A stretch of DNA of 61,577 nucleotides, counting the filler, from Choristocarpus tenellus KU-1152 (taxonomy: Eukaryota; Protista; Phaeophyceae), in NCBI GenBank assembly GCA_964200185.2. It is 4 parts of 4 records of this genome, joined end to end, with 100 filler letters (N's around TTAATTAATTAA, not from the genome) between each part and the next. Parts side by side here need not be neighbours in the genome. Positions count along the whole stretch, not along the records: positions 15,992 to 42,199 come from CAXNAD020000171.1; positions 42,300 to 55,340 come from CAXNAD020001604.1; 2 more parts are not named here. One strand, written 5' to 3'. The position numbers and the translations under genes are program-made. Under the pieces are notes generated by a model. The model did not search any database and was not told the origin of the DNA. It worked only from the letters and a program-made list of their open reading frames with translations. This document shows positions 37,101 through 49,000 of this stretch, in pieces (within the stretch, counting starts at the first letter, position 1; each line of letters opens with the position of its first letter).

Positions 37101-40092
37101 ATTAAGGGAGGATTCAATACTTAATGTAGGGTGGTGAAGGCAATTCACAGCTTAATGGATAATGGGTAAAAATATATGGGCGGGGGTGAGGTCTAGCCCA
37201 GGGTGTCCATTCGGGTCCTGACAGGTGTTGGAAAAATGGGCCATTTGAGTGTCTTTAGTCCTGGTCGTGGAGGGTTGGTGCTGTTTTGATGAAGTGTGGA
37301 ATATCCTGCACTTTTGACATGTCCTTAGCGCTTAGATTTTGTGTGGACTGTATAATAATGTCAAAAGATAAAGACAAAATTGCGACATGGAAAAATGGTC
37401 CCTGATAGGACAGCCACCGCCCCCTTTCGGATACTTCGACTCAATACGGCCTATGTCGTAGATCCACTCGTTCATCTTGAGGATTGGGGGTGTTGATGAC
37501 CTGACCTGCAAAAATGTTGCATTGGTGAGCACGAATGAGATAAGATGCACACACACTTGAGACACATAATGCACATGGACCAGAATAACAAGCATTGGAT
37601 AGTATGCATCAGTACACAGTGCACTCCTCATGACCACATAGAGAATGTCCCGTTGGGAATGTTTAGTTTTCAGACCTATCACTGAACAGTACTGCAAGAG
37701 ACATCCGACAGACTAGCTGTAAATTTAAGGCTGGTTTGTTTTGATCTATCTGGGTCAAAGCTCGTGGCAAATACAAGGAGCAAAAATCAGTATGCCATCC
37801 CGCTAAATGACGATGAGTCACACATGCATGCATGAAATGGACGTAATATGTGGAAAAGCGTTAAGCTGTGGTAGTGGTGAGGAGGTTTATCATTGAGGAA
37901 GTCATACTGAATAAAGCAGTAAAGATTGAGCAATCCGAAATGACGGGGAAAATGAATACATTACTGGTACTTGGTCTGTATAATAGGGTTGGCTTTGAGT
38001 GAAGAATGGACTTTCGTGCACAGCCACCTTGAATCCCTGCGAAAAGGAGGTGTTGTGGGGGTCTGTCTGGTGCTGTACAGAGCTCGTTCCTGCTCCTCCC
38101 AAATCACAAAGATGCCAGCTATGACTTGTTACTTGCATATCGCTCTCCTGCCAACATCTCTTGTGTGGAGGTTGGCAGCACAGGGATGTGTATGGGGTTT
38201 CTATACAAAAAGTTGTTACACTTGTATTTTCACTTTTTACTTCTGCCTCTACGACCACAAGCTTAAGCCACAACCACACTCGTCAATTCAATCCGCATGG
38301 ATGGAAAGATATCAGGGATTGTTTATTGAGTGAGATTTATCCCTACCCATTGCGACTTCAGCTTGAGAGCAAAATATCCAGCATTTATACAGACACCCTG
38401 CCGTTCTACATTGTCTTACACTGTTGGACTTGAGTTAATATATTCTATCTCAAGCAGTAGTAACTGGACTATGTTAACATGTTTGCAACGTTCTATGCAC
38501 ACACCTCTGCCCTACCCAGCAGTAGACCACGTATTCCATGCTTTCATTACGGGATCTTGACATTACCCGACAGCACAGTGTTCAGGGCATACTATGTAAT
38601 TGTGTTAATGTCTTTTGGTTCGCTTGCTTTAATGACACACAGGCTTCACTAACAAGGCAAGCTTCTCAGAAATATTTTGATTGTTGATCATATAATAAGG
38701 CGAACCATTTACTTGATTTTTGCCTGTGTTGCACCCATCCCTCACTATCCTCTTGCAGGGAATGGCAGTCAACATATCAGAACACGATAACTCAACCACT
38801 CTTGGGGTATCAATCCCTGGAGATATTGAAGTTGCAAAGCCTATACGTGATGTACAGGTGAGTTGGTGTATGCCACTGCTGTTCAATATGCAGGTGCAGA
38901 GTGTTAATCTATGATATTTTCTGCCTCACTTCTAGTCCCACGCCTACCTTGTCTACATTCTCTTGCTTTTATTGCTAAACATGTGCATGTGTTCATGCAG
39001 ACGGGGCGAATTAATGATACTAACATCCACAAGTGGCTTTCTCCGCTCCTGGAAGCACAATGGAAGAAGGCATATGCAGCTCTCCAAGCTCCATCACACG
39101 ACTCTAACGTGAAAGGATCCCATGATCACGTGAGGCCTCCCAGTCACTTTGTAGACAAAAGGAACTACTCAATGTCTGCTTATGAGGACAAAGGGGAAGT
39201 AAAGTCTGATCCTACTGCACCACAGACCGACAAGAGGGAAGGACAGACGGGTTGGGAAGGTCAAACAAAAGGAGTGACCGGGGGGTTGCAGGATGAAAAC
39301 AGTGTTGAGGGTTCTAAGGATACAAAAGAGATCCTGAACCGAGGCCTCCAAAATCTAAAACATAGGGTCTTCGTATGTGGGCGTGCAGGTGGGCATCTTG
39401 TCCCTCCTGTATCTATAGAATTTTTTTTTGCCAATGACAACCCGTTATGAGTCTGGAAGATCTGTCCAAACAAGTTCATCACCACGCAGGATGCAAGACT
39501 CAGAGACATATTTGAGCTGTACTCTTCTTACATGAAATCCAGATGTTACGGTGGAAACACGGTGTCATCTGTTTATTTGATGCAAGGATAGATCCTGCAT
39601 CTCAAGTCCTTGAAAACACTTCAGCATCTTTAATATTTGGTTGTCTGCATTTACTGGCTTAAAGTATTTTGGGGGGGTGGCAGCTGTCCATTCAAGGCCA
39701 ATTTTTCCATGTTGCCATCTTTGGGTGAATTTGGTTGCATGCGTCGGATGGATAATGTAGATGCACCTTTCTGGTCAGGGCCGAAATGGACACCCTGGTG
39801 TAGACCCCCCTCACCCAGATACTTTGAGCCACTCGGCACACATGCATTGAAGAAAGGTTTTGTAGATGCACGCCTTGCTCCACCCCAACTGGTTCATACT
39901 TGTCAGTCTATGATTTTAACTATTTTCAGAAGAGAAACAGCAGTACTTTCGTCCAGAGCACAGCCAACCTTGTACAGGCAATACTGACATTTGATGCCAT
40001 CATTGTGCAATTGTACAGGATTTACGGAGAAGATTGAGGCGATGCTAAAAAATCTTCAGGTACATTCGGACCATGTGGTCTATCTTGACTGA
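16283..40092 (+). CDS. Multi-exon membrane fusion protein: signal peptide + heme peroxidase + DOMON + cytochrome b561 (5 TM) + cytochrome b5 + FAD/NAD(P)H oxidoreductase (~1,458 aa)
   Basis: Phase-compatible exons: 16283-16405, 16510-16612, 16950-17152, 17614-17793, 18549-18610, 19062-19140, 20040-20192, 20460-20579, 21001-21134, 24327-24549, 25031-25176, 25592-25703, 26042-26200, 26796-26927, 27448-27589, 28666-28762, 29249-29309, 29619-29744, 30069-30244, 30489-30618, 31059-31140, 31482-31600, 31825-31962, 32184-32320, 32537-32669, 33360-33556, 33913-34021, 34701-34940, 38759-38857, 39001-39388, 40019-40092 (4,377 nt, no internal stop). Begins MCVADWVLWLLLLPTCITG; ends ..VFVCGRAGFTEKIEAMLKNLQVHSDHVVYLD*. 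Extra exons near 34236 or 34541 are possible. Confidence 0.88.
17181..17485. repeat. Three copies of a ~70-80 bp intronic repeat
   Basis: GTTGGT(A)TAGTA.TCTTTACACTTAGGACACCTTC at ~17181, ~17260 and ~17415. Confidence 0.75.
17976..18234. mobile_element. MITE family A (intronic)
   Basis: TIRs GAGTGAAAGTATCTTAGAGGGTA / TACCCCTCTAAGATACTTCCACTC; flanked by TGAA on both sides; homologous to 22572 and 36034. Confidence 0.85.
22295..22477. mobile_element. MITE family B
   Basis: GGCTCAAAGTATCTGGGGG start; internal GGCTGTCCATTTGGGG and CACCCTGGTGTAGACCCC shared with 39656-39830. Confidence 0.78.
22572..22829. mobile_element. MITE family A with 3-bp TSD TAT
   Basis: TIRs GAGTGAAAGTATCTTAGAGGGTA / TACCCTCTAAGATACTTTGACTC; TAT on both flanks. 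Confidence 0.87.
25592..27540 (+). CDS. Exons 12-15 of the fusion gene: DOMON (heme-binding type) domain
   Basis: YNLKW..VTFTI, GFIGIGFGSLNMKDADMV (Met ligand), GGTNDL..GFTRVIWTRPFLATDDFDKAI, VIVAY..FHG (His ligand). Confidence 0.88.
27541..30618 (+). CDS. Exons 15-20 of the fusion gene: cytochrome b561 trans-membrane domain
   Basis: Four heme His: FAFHGAVMLLAW..PIAIFIARY, WLVLH, SHSVMG..FQVASG, LVHTWGGR. Fifth helix YYWYYIISLAVVFALGE. Confidence 0.88.
31059..31870 (+). CDS. Exons 21-23 of the fusion gene: cytochrome b5 heme-binding domain
   Basis: EFHAHVHNGSKWVLVDDAIVDL..FLEIHPGGARVL..IGTDI..HRHSAQALNAVAKMVVGYV; HPGG and second His ligand present. Confidence 0.9.
31871..40092 (+). CDS. Exons 23-31 of the fusion gene: FAD-binding and NAD(P)H-binding FNR/cytochrome b5 reductase-like domains with low-complexity inserts
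   Basis: AGEYMRF..VQRSYT (RxYT), IRLYPDGLMSGVL (GxMS), GPF, MFAGGTGVSPMLQ, TGRI, VFVCGRAGF. Confidence 0.87.
35600..37150 (+). mobile_element. Possible highly decayed retroelement gag relic in an intron
   Basis: Degenerate zinc knuckle RCFNCGETDRKSAVC (~36535-36580) after a Gly/Arg-rich stretch; no other clear motif; extent is a guess. Confidence 0.35.
36034..36259. mobile_element. MITE family A
   Basis: GAGTGGAAGTATCTTAGAGGGTA / TACCCTCTAAGATTCTTTCACTC; interior homologous to 17976. Confidence 0.85.
37164..37442. mobile_element. MITE family B variant (reverse orientation) with 3-bp TSD AAT
   Basis: GGGTAAAAATATAT.. / ..GGATACTTCGACTC; internal GGGTGTCCATTCGGG and GGACAGCC; AAT on both flanks. 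Confidence 0.7.
39656..39830. mobile_element. MITE family B with 3-bp TSD ACT
   Basis: GGCTTAAAGTATTTTGGGG / CCCAGATACTTTGAGCC; ACT on both flanks. Confidence 0.85.
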
Positions 40093-41961
40093 GGGTTAAG
40101 CAGTGTCCTTTTCAGGTCATATGCTCACAGGTACACATTTTGCACTTATGTAGCACTACTGTTCGTCTGATAAAAGGCACAGTAAGTATGCCCAATATGT
40201 TTCTTAGAATCTACCCCAAGTAGTTTCTCTATTGCAGCCGACCAGCTGTAAGAAGCAGAAGATATTCAGGCCAAGAATGTGAGGAGTACTGTTTTCAGCA
40301 AGAGAAGCGTTTTGATATTCAGGTTGTCGCTGTACGTTTGAGCGAATAGGTGCATTTGTCATACCCAAAATGTCTCAAGTGTTGCTTTTTGCTGGATTTA
40401 TTCTGTGCATGTTGTTGGATATTTCCACTGATCAACACTGAGACGAGAAGGGTAACCCACCGACAGGTTTCCACCAGTAATTGACGCTCATATTGTGACA
40501 ATAGTATTAATGGTTGTAGTGGAAGTAGAATAGTAGCAGAACAGCATGCATTCAAAACAAGTTGGATTTTGGTACTCTTATGTTTTGTGTGGTATCCTAT
40601 CCTTGGCCATACGCGTTTAGTCTTTGACATGGCATGAAGACCAAACTTACACTACTATATGGTGAATTTTTTTTGTGAGAGATTGTTCATTCCTCTGCGC
40701 TCAGTTGAGATCACTGTAGATAATCAATGCAGTTTGGGTACCAGTCAATGAACCAGAAAATGCGTCATTTCTGCAAATGCCACTGTAACGAATCGTTGCA
40801 AGTGGGGAATATCTGACAACATGCTGTTGATGATATTAAACAAAGTTTAAATCCCAGAGCATTGTACCAAATTATACCACAGAAAAATTTGAGATCAAAT
40901 AAGAGTTACTCAGGCGCGATTGATATGACGTTATAAATATGTCGTACAGCTTATGGGTTTCTTCAATACCATACCAGTTGACAACAGACATGATGTTTCG
41001 CAGTAATTTATGACAACTGTTACGGGGGTCCTTCAGATGTTGGTTTGGAATTTTCCCTGACACATCTGCCACATGTCAGAGGCCATGTTTATATATACAT
41101 TTTCTTTTAATATTGAATTGACTTTTCCCCTGATACATCTGCAAAATGTCAGAGGGGATAATAATGTATAATTATATGTTTATATGACGACTTTTTATTT
41201 GATACCTTGATTCAAAATGATGGATTTTCAAAATCACATTTCTTAGGGTATTTATCTTGGTGAGGTGAAACAATGTTGGAACTTCCTATTTCTCTTTGAA
41301 TTTCTCCCCGACGAGGAGACCGACCAAATAAGGCTCAACCTGATATTCTATTGTAGGATGTGTAGCATTTTCGAGGACGTTGTAGGCAATTACAGTGCGA
41401 TCTCTGCCAGATTTGCTACCATGATGTTTATTGTGTGCTAGAATGTGATGTCCATTACCTCCACTCCCTCTCCCCTTACAGAATAAGATATATGCGCTAT
41501 CATTTCTTAGTACTTCCAATAGCATTCGTAATAGTAGTAGCGATGAAATTACAGCAACTACTTCAACAATATGATTTTCATATATTGTTATTCATCAACA
41601 TCATCATCGTTATGATATGAATTGTTGAATGGATAGAAGCACAACTAATAATTGAAACTCCAACTTAAAAGTACACCGGTACTATTGATACTACTACAAT
41701 GAGAATGGGCAGGACAGTGGGTATGATTGGTAAGTGAATAATTTTTCTGTTTGTTGTGGTCAAGAAATACGAGTGGATGATGAAATAAGTGTCAGAGGGC
41801 AAATTAATAGAATGAAATGATGGCCTCCTCCTATGTATTTTAAATTATTTTAATGCAACAAGGTTACACAAAATGAGAGGTGAAATGAGGTGGAGCATCA
41901 TCAACAATGGCGGGCCGTACAGTATACATACTACGAATGCACCTAGAAGTAGTGGTACTGT

Positions 41962-42135
41962 GGCTCAAAGTATCAGGAGGGAAGATGAAGGGGTCTACAC
42001 CAAGGTGTCCATTCGGGCCTTGACCAGGAGAAGTAAATTTTAAATTATCCATCCGACCCATATCACCAAATCGCCCAAATATCATGAGATGAAAAAATGG
42101 TCCCCAAATGGACAGCCGATACCCCCCCCTGTTAA
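41962..42135. mobile_element. MITE family B (reverse orientation, right end decayed)
   Basis: GGCTCAAAGTATC..GGGGTCTACACC.AGG.TGTCCATTCGG..TTATCCATCCGAC..CCCCAAATGGACAGCC. Confidence 0.7.
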
Positions 42136-42199
42136 AGAAATTGGTGTTCCCAAGACTTGTGTATATAAATAACTCGATTATTTCCTCATTATGTAGAAC

Positions 42200-42299
42200 N
42201 NNNNNNNNNNNNNNNNNNNNNNNNNNNNNNNNNNNNNNNNNNNTTAATTAATTAANNNNNNNNNNNNNNNNNNNNNNNNNNNNNNNNNNNNNNNNNNNN
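42200..42299. other. Assembly gap / scaffolding linker
   Basis: N44-TTAATTAATTAA-N44. Confidence 0.97.
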
Positions 42300-42358
42300 G
42301 AGTAAGAAGAAAGAGAGTAAAGAAGGGGAGGGGGAGGGGGGGGGGTAAAGACCGCAAA

Positions 42359-42392
<34 letters not shown>

Positions 42393-42396
42393 CTAC

Positions 42397-43001
42397 CTGA
42401 GGTTAGCGATGGGGTTGAGCTGCGCATCTCCAGTGATGCCAAACGCCCCCACCTTGCTCCGCCATTGCTCCAGTTTCAGATCTGGGTATCTGTCGTTGTA
42501 TTTAGCCTGAAAAAAATCACCAATGCAACAAAGTCACATAAGGCAAACCTCAATCAGCACAAAGGTTCCGGTCTATTGTTCTCGGACAAGCAAAACACAA
42601 CACAACACAAGAAAATATTTATGTTCAAAGTACGGCAGCATGCATCTGTTGACATCAACAATCAACAATCAACAACCAAGCAGCAAACAACACAACAAAT
42701 AGAATGTGGATGTCACATTCAATATCTTCACCTTCAGGTAATCCACTGGAGATTTATCCAGTTCCAGCACCTCCGCAGAGTGTTGATGATACCGTCCAAT
42801 GCTAACACCCGACCGAAGCGATACAGTACCCTCCACAGGCTGTAACTGACCCACCATGAGCTGGACGTAACCATGGCAACAATGGTGAGGGGTTATGAGG
42901 CATGAGAGTGATGCATTTGAAAGGGAAATGGGAGGGGGAGGGGGAGGGGGAGGGGGGNNNNNNNNNNGGAGGGGAGGGAACAGAGGAAAGAGGGGGGGGG
43001 G

Positions 43002-43063
<62 letters not shown>

Positions 43064-46000
43064 GGGGGGGAGGGGGAGGGGATAATTATAGCGCCGAATT
43101 AATGCCTCCGTGAAGGTTACGGAGTTTTTCAATGGGAAATGTCAGAAACACCAACTAAAACAAAAAATAACTGTGGCGAATGTAAGTCAAATGAGGAAAA
43201 TGCCTTACGACAATTAACACTTGACAATAAATATAAAAATCAATCTATGCGATCAACACATCAAATAAAAATAAAACTCCTCCTCCCCCTGGGACAGTCC
43301 ATTATGTTAATCATGTATTGCATCTTCATGTTCATTACCCAAAACACAAAAAATTCTGCTTGTGGAAGTCTCCTTATCTGGCCTCAAAATCAACACCCCA
43401 AGAACAAAGATTTCATGTATTTATCAACCTTAGATGCAATACACACATGATAGCATTCAACCAAAAGCAATGTATAGTTTTTGCTTTTGCTTGGAAGACA
43501 GTACTTACAGGTCTACGCCCTTGTCCCATAAAAAACAAAAATAAAACTAGTTCAGCCACAGTCCTCACCATCTTATACCCTCATACCTTAAGCAATGTTG
43601 ATTTCCCTGCACCATTAGGCCCCACCAATGCAATACGAGAGTCGGAGTCAATTCCGAAGTGCAATCCTGAGAAGAGGTAGTCCTTGACCTTACCAGAGTA
43701 GGAGAACGCGACTTCGACAAAGCTGATCACTGGAGGCTGCAGCTTTCCACATCTTGAGAGTTGAGACATTTCCGGGGGCAGGGGGGAGGGGATGTAAAAC
43801 AGTTTGAGAGGTAAGGGTTAGAAAACAGTTTGTCACTTCAGATACACAGCAAACTGGACAAGAGTTCAGACATGACGGGGTTGAGAAAGTAGAGACGTAA
43901 GGATTTTTTTTTTACATAGTACACATTTACTTGGGATGAAATACAAACCGGACAAGAAATAAAAATAAAAATACCTACAAATAGTTATTATCACTCGAAA
44001 ACAAAGGCAAAATACATACAAATAGTTAACGTCACTTGAAAGCAAAGGCAAAGGCAAACAAAAAAAAATTCAAGTCAAAACCAAAAGCTACTCAGGATTA
44101 TCCACGCATCAAAAAATACATCCAAGATTGAGAAAGGAAAAGTGCTCTTTTGGAAATTCTTCTTCTTCTTGGGTATAAAAACAAAAAAATATATGCGTGT
44201 TCTACAAATATCGCTGTATTTTTATATGGTGTAGAGAAGGTTCAGGCTCGCAGTGTTCTCGTAACTGACTCTATAGTTAACCACCTCGAGTAACCAACAC
44301 CCAAGATTCCTTCCTTGATATTGTTGCCCAAGCTAAATTACACTACCCAGAGAGATGGCACAAAAATAAAATACCCACATCAGATCGGAAAACCTCATCA
44401 TTACGGTGGATACTTCATCTTACATTATTTTCTGCCCTGTCCAACTTGCACGCCAAATACTATAGGAACACTTCTTGAAACAAGCCACCTTCCTATACCA
44501 AAACTAACTACAGCAATAAAAATGCACACTATCCTATACAAACATGAGAACAATTTCAGATGACATTCCCAGTACTTGTACATAACATCTATACTCAACA
44601 TTAACACCCCAAGCACCTCAACTATCTATTTATTCAACAAGAGCATCCCGATGAGCTTCAAGGACCCTCTAAATGTCAGGTGAAATATTCTACGAGGGTG
44701 AAGTGCATTCATTCCGACTGTATAGTGAACACACTCAGTTTGGAGAAGAGTATTATCCTCGTCAACATCCACTGTTCAAACAAATAAAAAAGTTGAAAAA
44801 AAGCTCAATTAAAAATTCGAATGACAAAAACACTAAAAACAAAACAAAAAAACTCTTAGTTCTTCACCGACATTGTTCTTAGCCCAAAACAATAGCCACA
44901 GTGAACTGAACACAACCTTTAACAGAGAGGCAGAAAAATCAATTTATAACCCACTTATAACCCTAGTTAGATCATGTGAGTATCACTCTGTTAGTGAAAG
45001 GAGTGAAAAAAAGAAGTAAAGTCTCACGTTGGGAACTGGAACTTGAAATCCTGTTCCTTGAAAGGCATCTTCAGCAAACCTGCCTCCTCCATCTTGTCCA
45101 ACTGACAACATCAGACGCATCAACACGAGCAGTTCAAAAGAGGGAGAGCAAAGGAGAAACTCAAAAGAGAATCAGAGCGCAGGCAAGTCTGACCTGTCTG
45201 TGAAACACACTACCCTGCATCCCAAAGACAGGAGACAAGAAAAACAATCATAAAGAATTTTAAACACATCCAGTAATTTCTATTACCCTAGGATGACTTG
45301 TCTTCTAAATACAACCGTGATTTCAGTAATTAGATGTATGTACATATCTATGTAAAACTAAAAAAAACATAAAACAGCAGAAGCATAACTTCCCAACAAA
45401 CACACACAGGCAAACAAAACCTATAAACATTCTCGTTCTGCCCTGACCGGTGGCTTCACTCACTAACAACATCTCAAATATATATATATATATATATTTT
45501 AATCCAAATAGATATCCAACAGCGTCTAAAAAAACAAGAAAATAAAACACCCTCACCTACTTCCTAACCTTCTCACACGAGGTTCTAGTGACACTCTACC
45601 TTCCTTCCTACCTTCTTCCCCCTGAACACCCAACGCCCCCACTTCCCTCACCAAGGACAGACAACTACGGCTGAAGTACACTTTAGACCGCCACATGTGT
45701 AACATGTCAACACCCATCAACACCACAAGCACCACCTATTCACGTCTGTTCAGCAAACACCCCATCATCATATAAATAAATACACCCATACCATGCGCTG
45801 TTTCAGCACCTATTGGACACCAAACCAACAGTAACTTTTTCTCACCAACCCACACACACCCCTGCCTCAGAGTCCCCAAATGACACAACTCACCTGTTTC
45901 TGGCGAGACTTGGCCTGCCTAACCAGGTTTGAGAACGTGCCACACGAGGCAATGAACTGCTTGATATGCTGAATCTCCGCCTGCTGCTTCTTAAAGAGCT

Positions 46001-49000
46001 TGATCTACCCGAATACAACATCACAAAGGGGATTTTTTGTAGCAGAGGCAGGAAGGCAGGCAGGCAGAGAAGAGAACGCGTCAAAACACACACAACTCGA
46101 AACTGTCGAAACTTCAAAAAGACCACATGCCAATATATAACTACAGACTCTCCTGTTTCCTCCCACTTGTCCTCTGCGATATACACATTGCAAAAAGTGA
46201 AGCAACTAACAGACAATTCATAGGGTTAGTGTGGCAACAAAACCACAACCAACATCAACACCCACCACCTCGCCATTCTGGAACATTTATTTCATACCTT
46301 ACATAAGGTCACAACCACACCAAAATCAATCCCCTGCCCATACAGGAGTACATTGAACCTAGACAACTCAACATAAATCTACCGGAATATAATCTCATGA
46401 TCACAAACAGACTGATGCAGTCTCAACTCCCTCCAACCTCGGATGACAAAGAAGCAACATTACTTTCACTCAAGTCAACTTGACCTCACTGCACACCAAA
46501 CCCCTTTACTCCAAACACCCCCTCATACCCCACTTTCCAACCCAACACCCACCACCCTTCATTCCTTGAGCCATTTCCATCCCACATCAATACACAACAA
46601 CATCCCCCCTTAACTCATTCCCCTCTTCTTCCTATAAAATACCAAAATGCACTCTACTACCAACCCTTCTACACCCCATACGCCCCCTTACCCCCATAAA
46701 CTCCACTTAAAACCTACCACCCATCACCCATCTCCCAGCCTCAGCTCACACACTCCAAAACACAATCCCTACCACATCTCCACCTTTTGCCAAGAACAAG
46801 GAACTTCCAACGTTAGTATCTTCCACAAACCATGTTTCACCTGGTTCACATCCTGCTCCTCTCTCGTCCGAACATAGGTATCAAAGTTACCCCCCCAATA
46901 CTTCAGTTGCCGCTCTTGCATCACCATCGTGTTTGTACAAACCCCATTCAGGAAGTCCTGTGCGTTCATCCATGAGGAAATATCCAAATAAAATTCCAAT
47001 CAGGGGCAGGGGGGAAGGGAGGAACAGAATCCACCAATGATTCAAACCAGCTGAGAGGTAGGTGGGGGTATTGTACACCAACAATCCAACCAAAGGGAAA
47101 AATAAATAAATAAATATATATATATATTGTACAATTTTATAATATGACTACACTTTGTGCGAGGAAAGGGGGGGTATCAATTTTGGGTACACTATTGTGT
47201 ACATAAAACAATCAAATAATAATAATAATATAGTGTACCGCATGGGATTAGAAAAAGATGACTCAGACTGCAAAAGGGTTTAAATTAAACCTGCCTAGCT
47301 CTCAATCGATTCGGTTCAGTAACACAAGGCCATCGCACTCAAACATACACGGTGCGCGCTAACTCACAAAAAAATAAAATAAAGGTCACATAACAAAAAA
47401 TAAAAATAAAAATACATACAAAAAAATAAAAATAAAAATAGTTTTTTTTAATGACTTTCAAAGATTCACTATACTTAATAATTATTTTTTACTGCACATG
47501 AAAAAAAATACACATACAAAAAAAACACGCAGTACACTCCGACATTCAAAACAGCACACAACCGAGCCTGGCTAGGGGGGTGGGGGGAGGGGGGCATGTT
47601 AGTTCTATTGTTCACACCATATAAATTACCAGGGCACCGCCTTCCATCCAATAACAAACCTGGGAGTGTGACACAACCACGAGGATCTTTGAATAGGTGG
47701 ACAGGTACTCTTCAAGCCAAACACAAGCCTCCAAGTCAAGGTGATTCGTTGGCTCATCTAGAAGGAGCATGGTTGGCTGGATAAACAGCGCACGACTCAA
47801 TGCAACTGACCAACAACAGACAGAGACAAACAAGCACAACAGGGAACATCCCAAGCGAAGCAGGAGTTGGTTAGATGTAAGTAGGCAGGTGAGGACCAGA
47901 AAGGGGGGAGACATGCACTGAGAGTGAGTGAGCCTAAAAACAGATCTCAATGCTGCAACTCTTTGAAACTGTGTGTTAGGGTCGAAAAAGAATTGTGGAA
48001 GATGGGGGAGGGAGGGAGGGAGGGGGGGGGGGAATATTTCAACTTTGATCAGAGAGGATGTCGAAACAAAAAATATTCAGAAATAAAATAAAAAAAATTG
48101 ATAACTCACTTCATATTCAATGACACCTCTGTACCTTTGCACTCCCCCATCAAGAGGTATAAATACAGTCTACTGCCATGCACTACTGAATTAAAAAAAA
48201 AAGATTGCTCCTGATTCAATTTCAGGGGTAGAGTCATGGGTGAGTACAACAATGTGGAGGTATACCTCTAATTGAGCAATAAAAATCAACCATACTTTAC
48301 TGGCATCAAGTTAAAAAATCGCACCATACTGCCCCAACTAAACAACCCCACTGCAAAAAGCATCCTTGTTCCCATTCCCTAAGAACACTGCGACAGAGTA
48401 AGATATACCTCGCATTCGCCATCCACCACTCATGTCTTCTGTCTTCTTATGCAGTGTAGAGGAATTGAACCTGGAAAAAGCACCAAAGGACAGGGAAGAG
48501 AGACACAACAGTGTCAGATGATGGACGAGGGAGGTGAACTCACAAGCAAAGAAGTCAAACGGGAAGGCTAGCTTGTTATCACAGGGGATACACATTTGCA
48601 CTCAAATATGAAAAAAAATGGAGTTGAAACGTGAAAAGTGCATCCATTTCAACCAATCAGAGTCAGAGAGTCAACCATCAAAAGGATCATTTGTATGTAC
48701 CTCCACAATTCAAACACCAAACTATTTCCCTACTTCTACACACAACCCATCGACACAAATTACCTTGCCAACTCCCTCCCCCCCCCCCCCCCAACCCCGC
48801 CCCCACCCCCTCCCCCCCCCCCACCCACCCCACACCTACCCCACCCCCCCCACCCANNNNNNNNNNTCCCTTGCCAACCCCCCCCCCCCCCCCCCCTGCT
48901 CCCTTCTCGAAACCACTCTCTTCAACACAGCATCCCTAACTCTAACCCCAACTCAGGTATCGCAGGTAAAAACTCTTTAACTCAACTTGTGCCTTCACCA

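Noticed and set aside
42200-42397. ABCF2 lacking its second signature and Walker B motifs, as a truncated variant
   Set aside because: The gene runs into an assembly gap after a normal splice donor; the missing exons are most simply unassembled.
42300-43080. Poly-Pro/poly-Gly ORFs and potential G-quadruplex tracts (also 48775-48900, 55267-55292)
   Set aside because: Homopolymer G/C runs beside N gaps in non-coding sequence; lengths are unreliable and the translations spurious.
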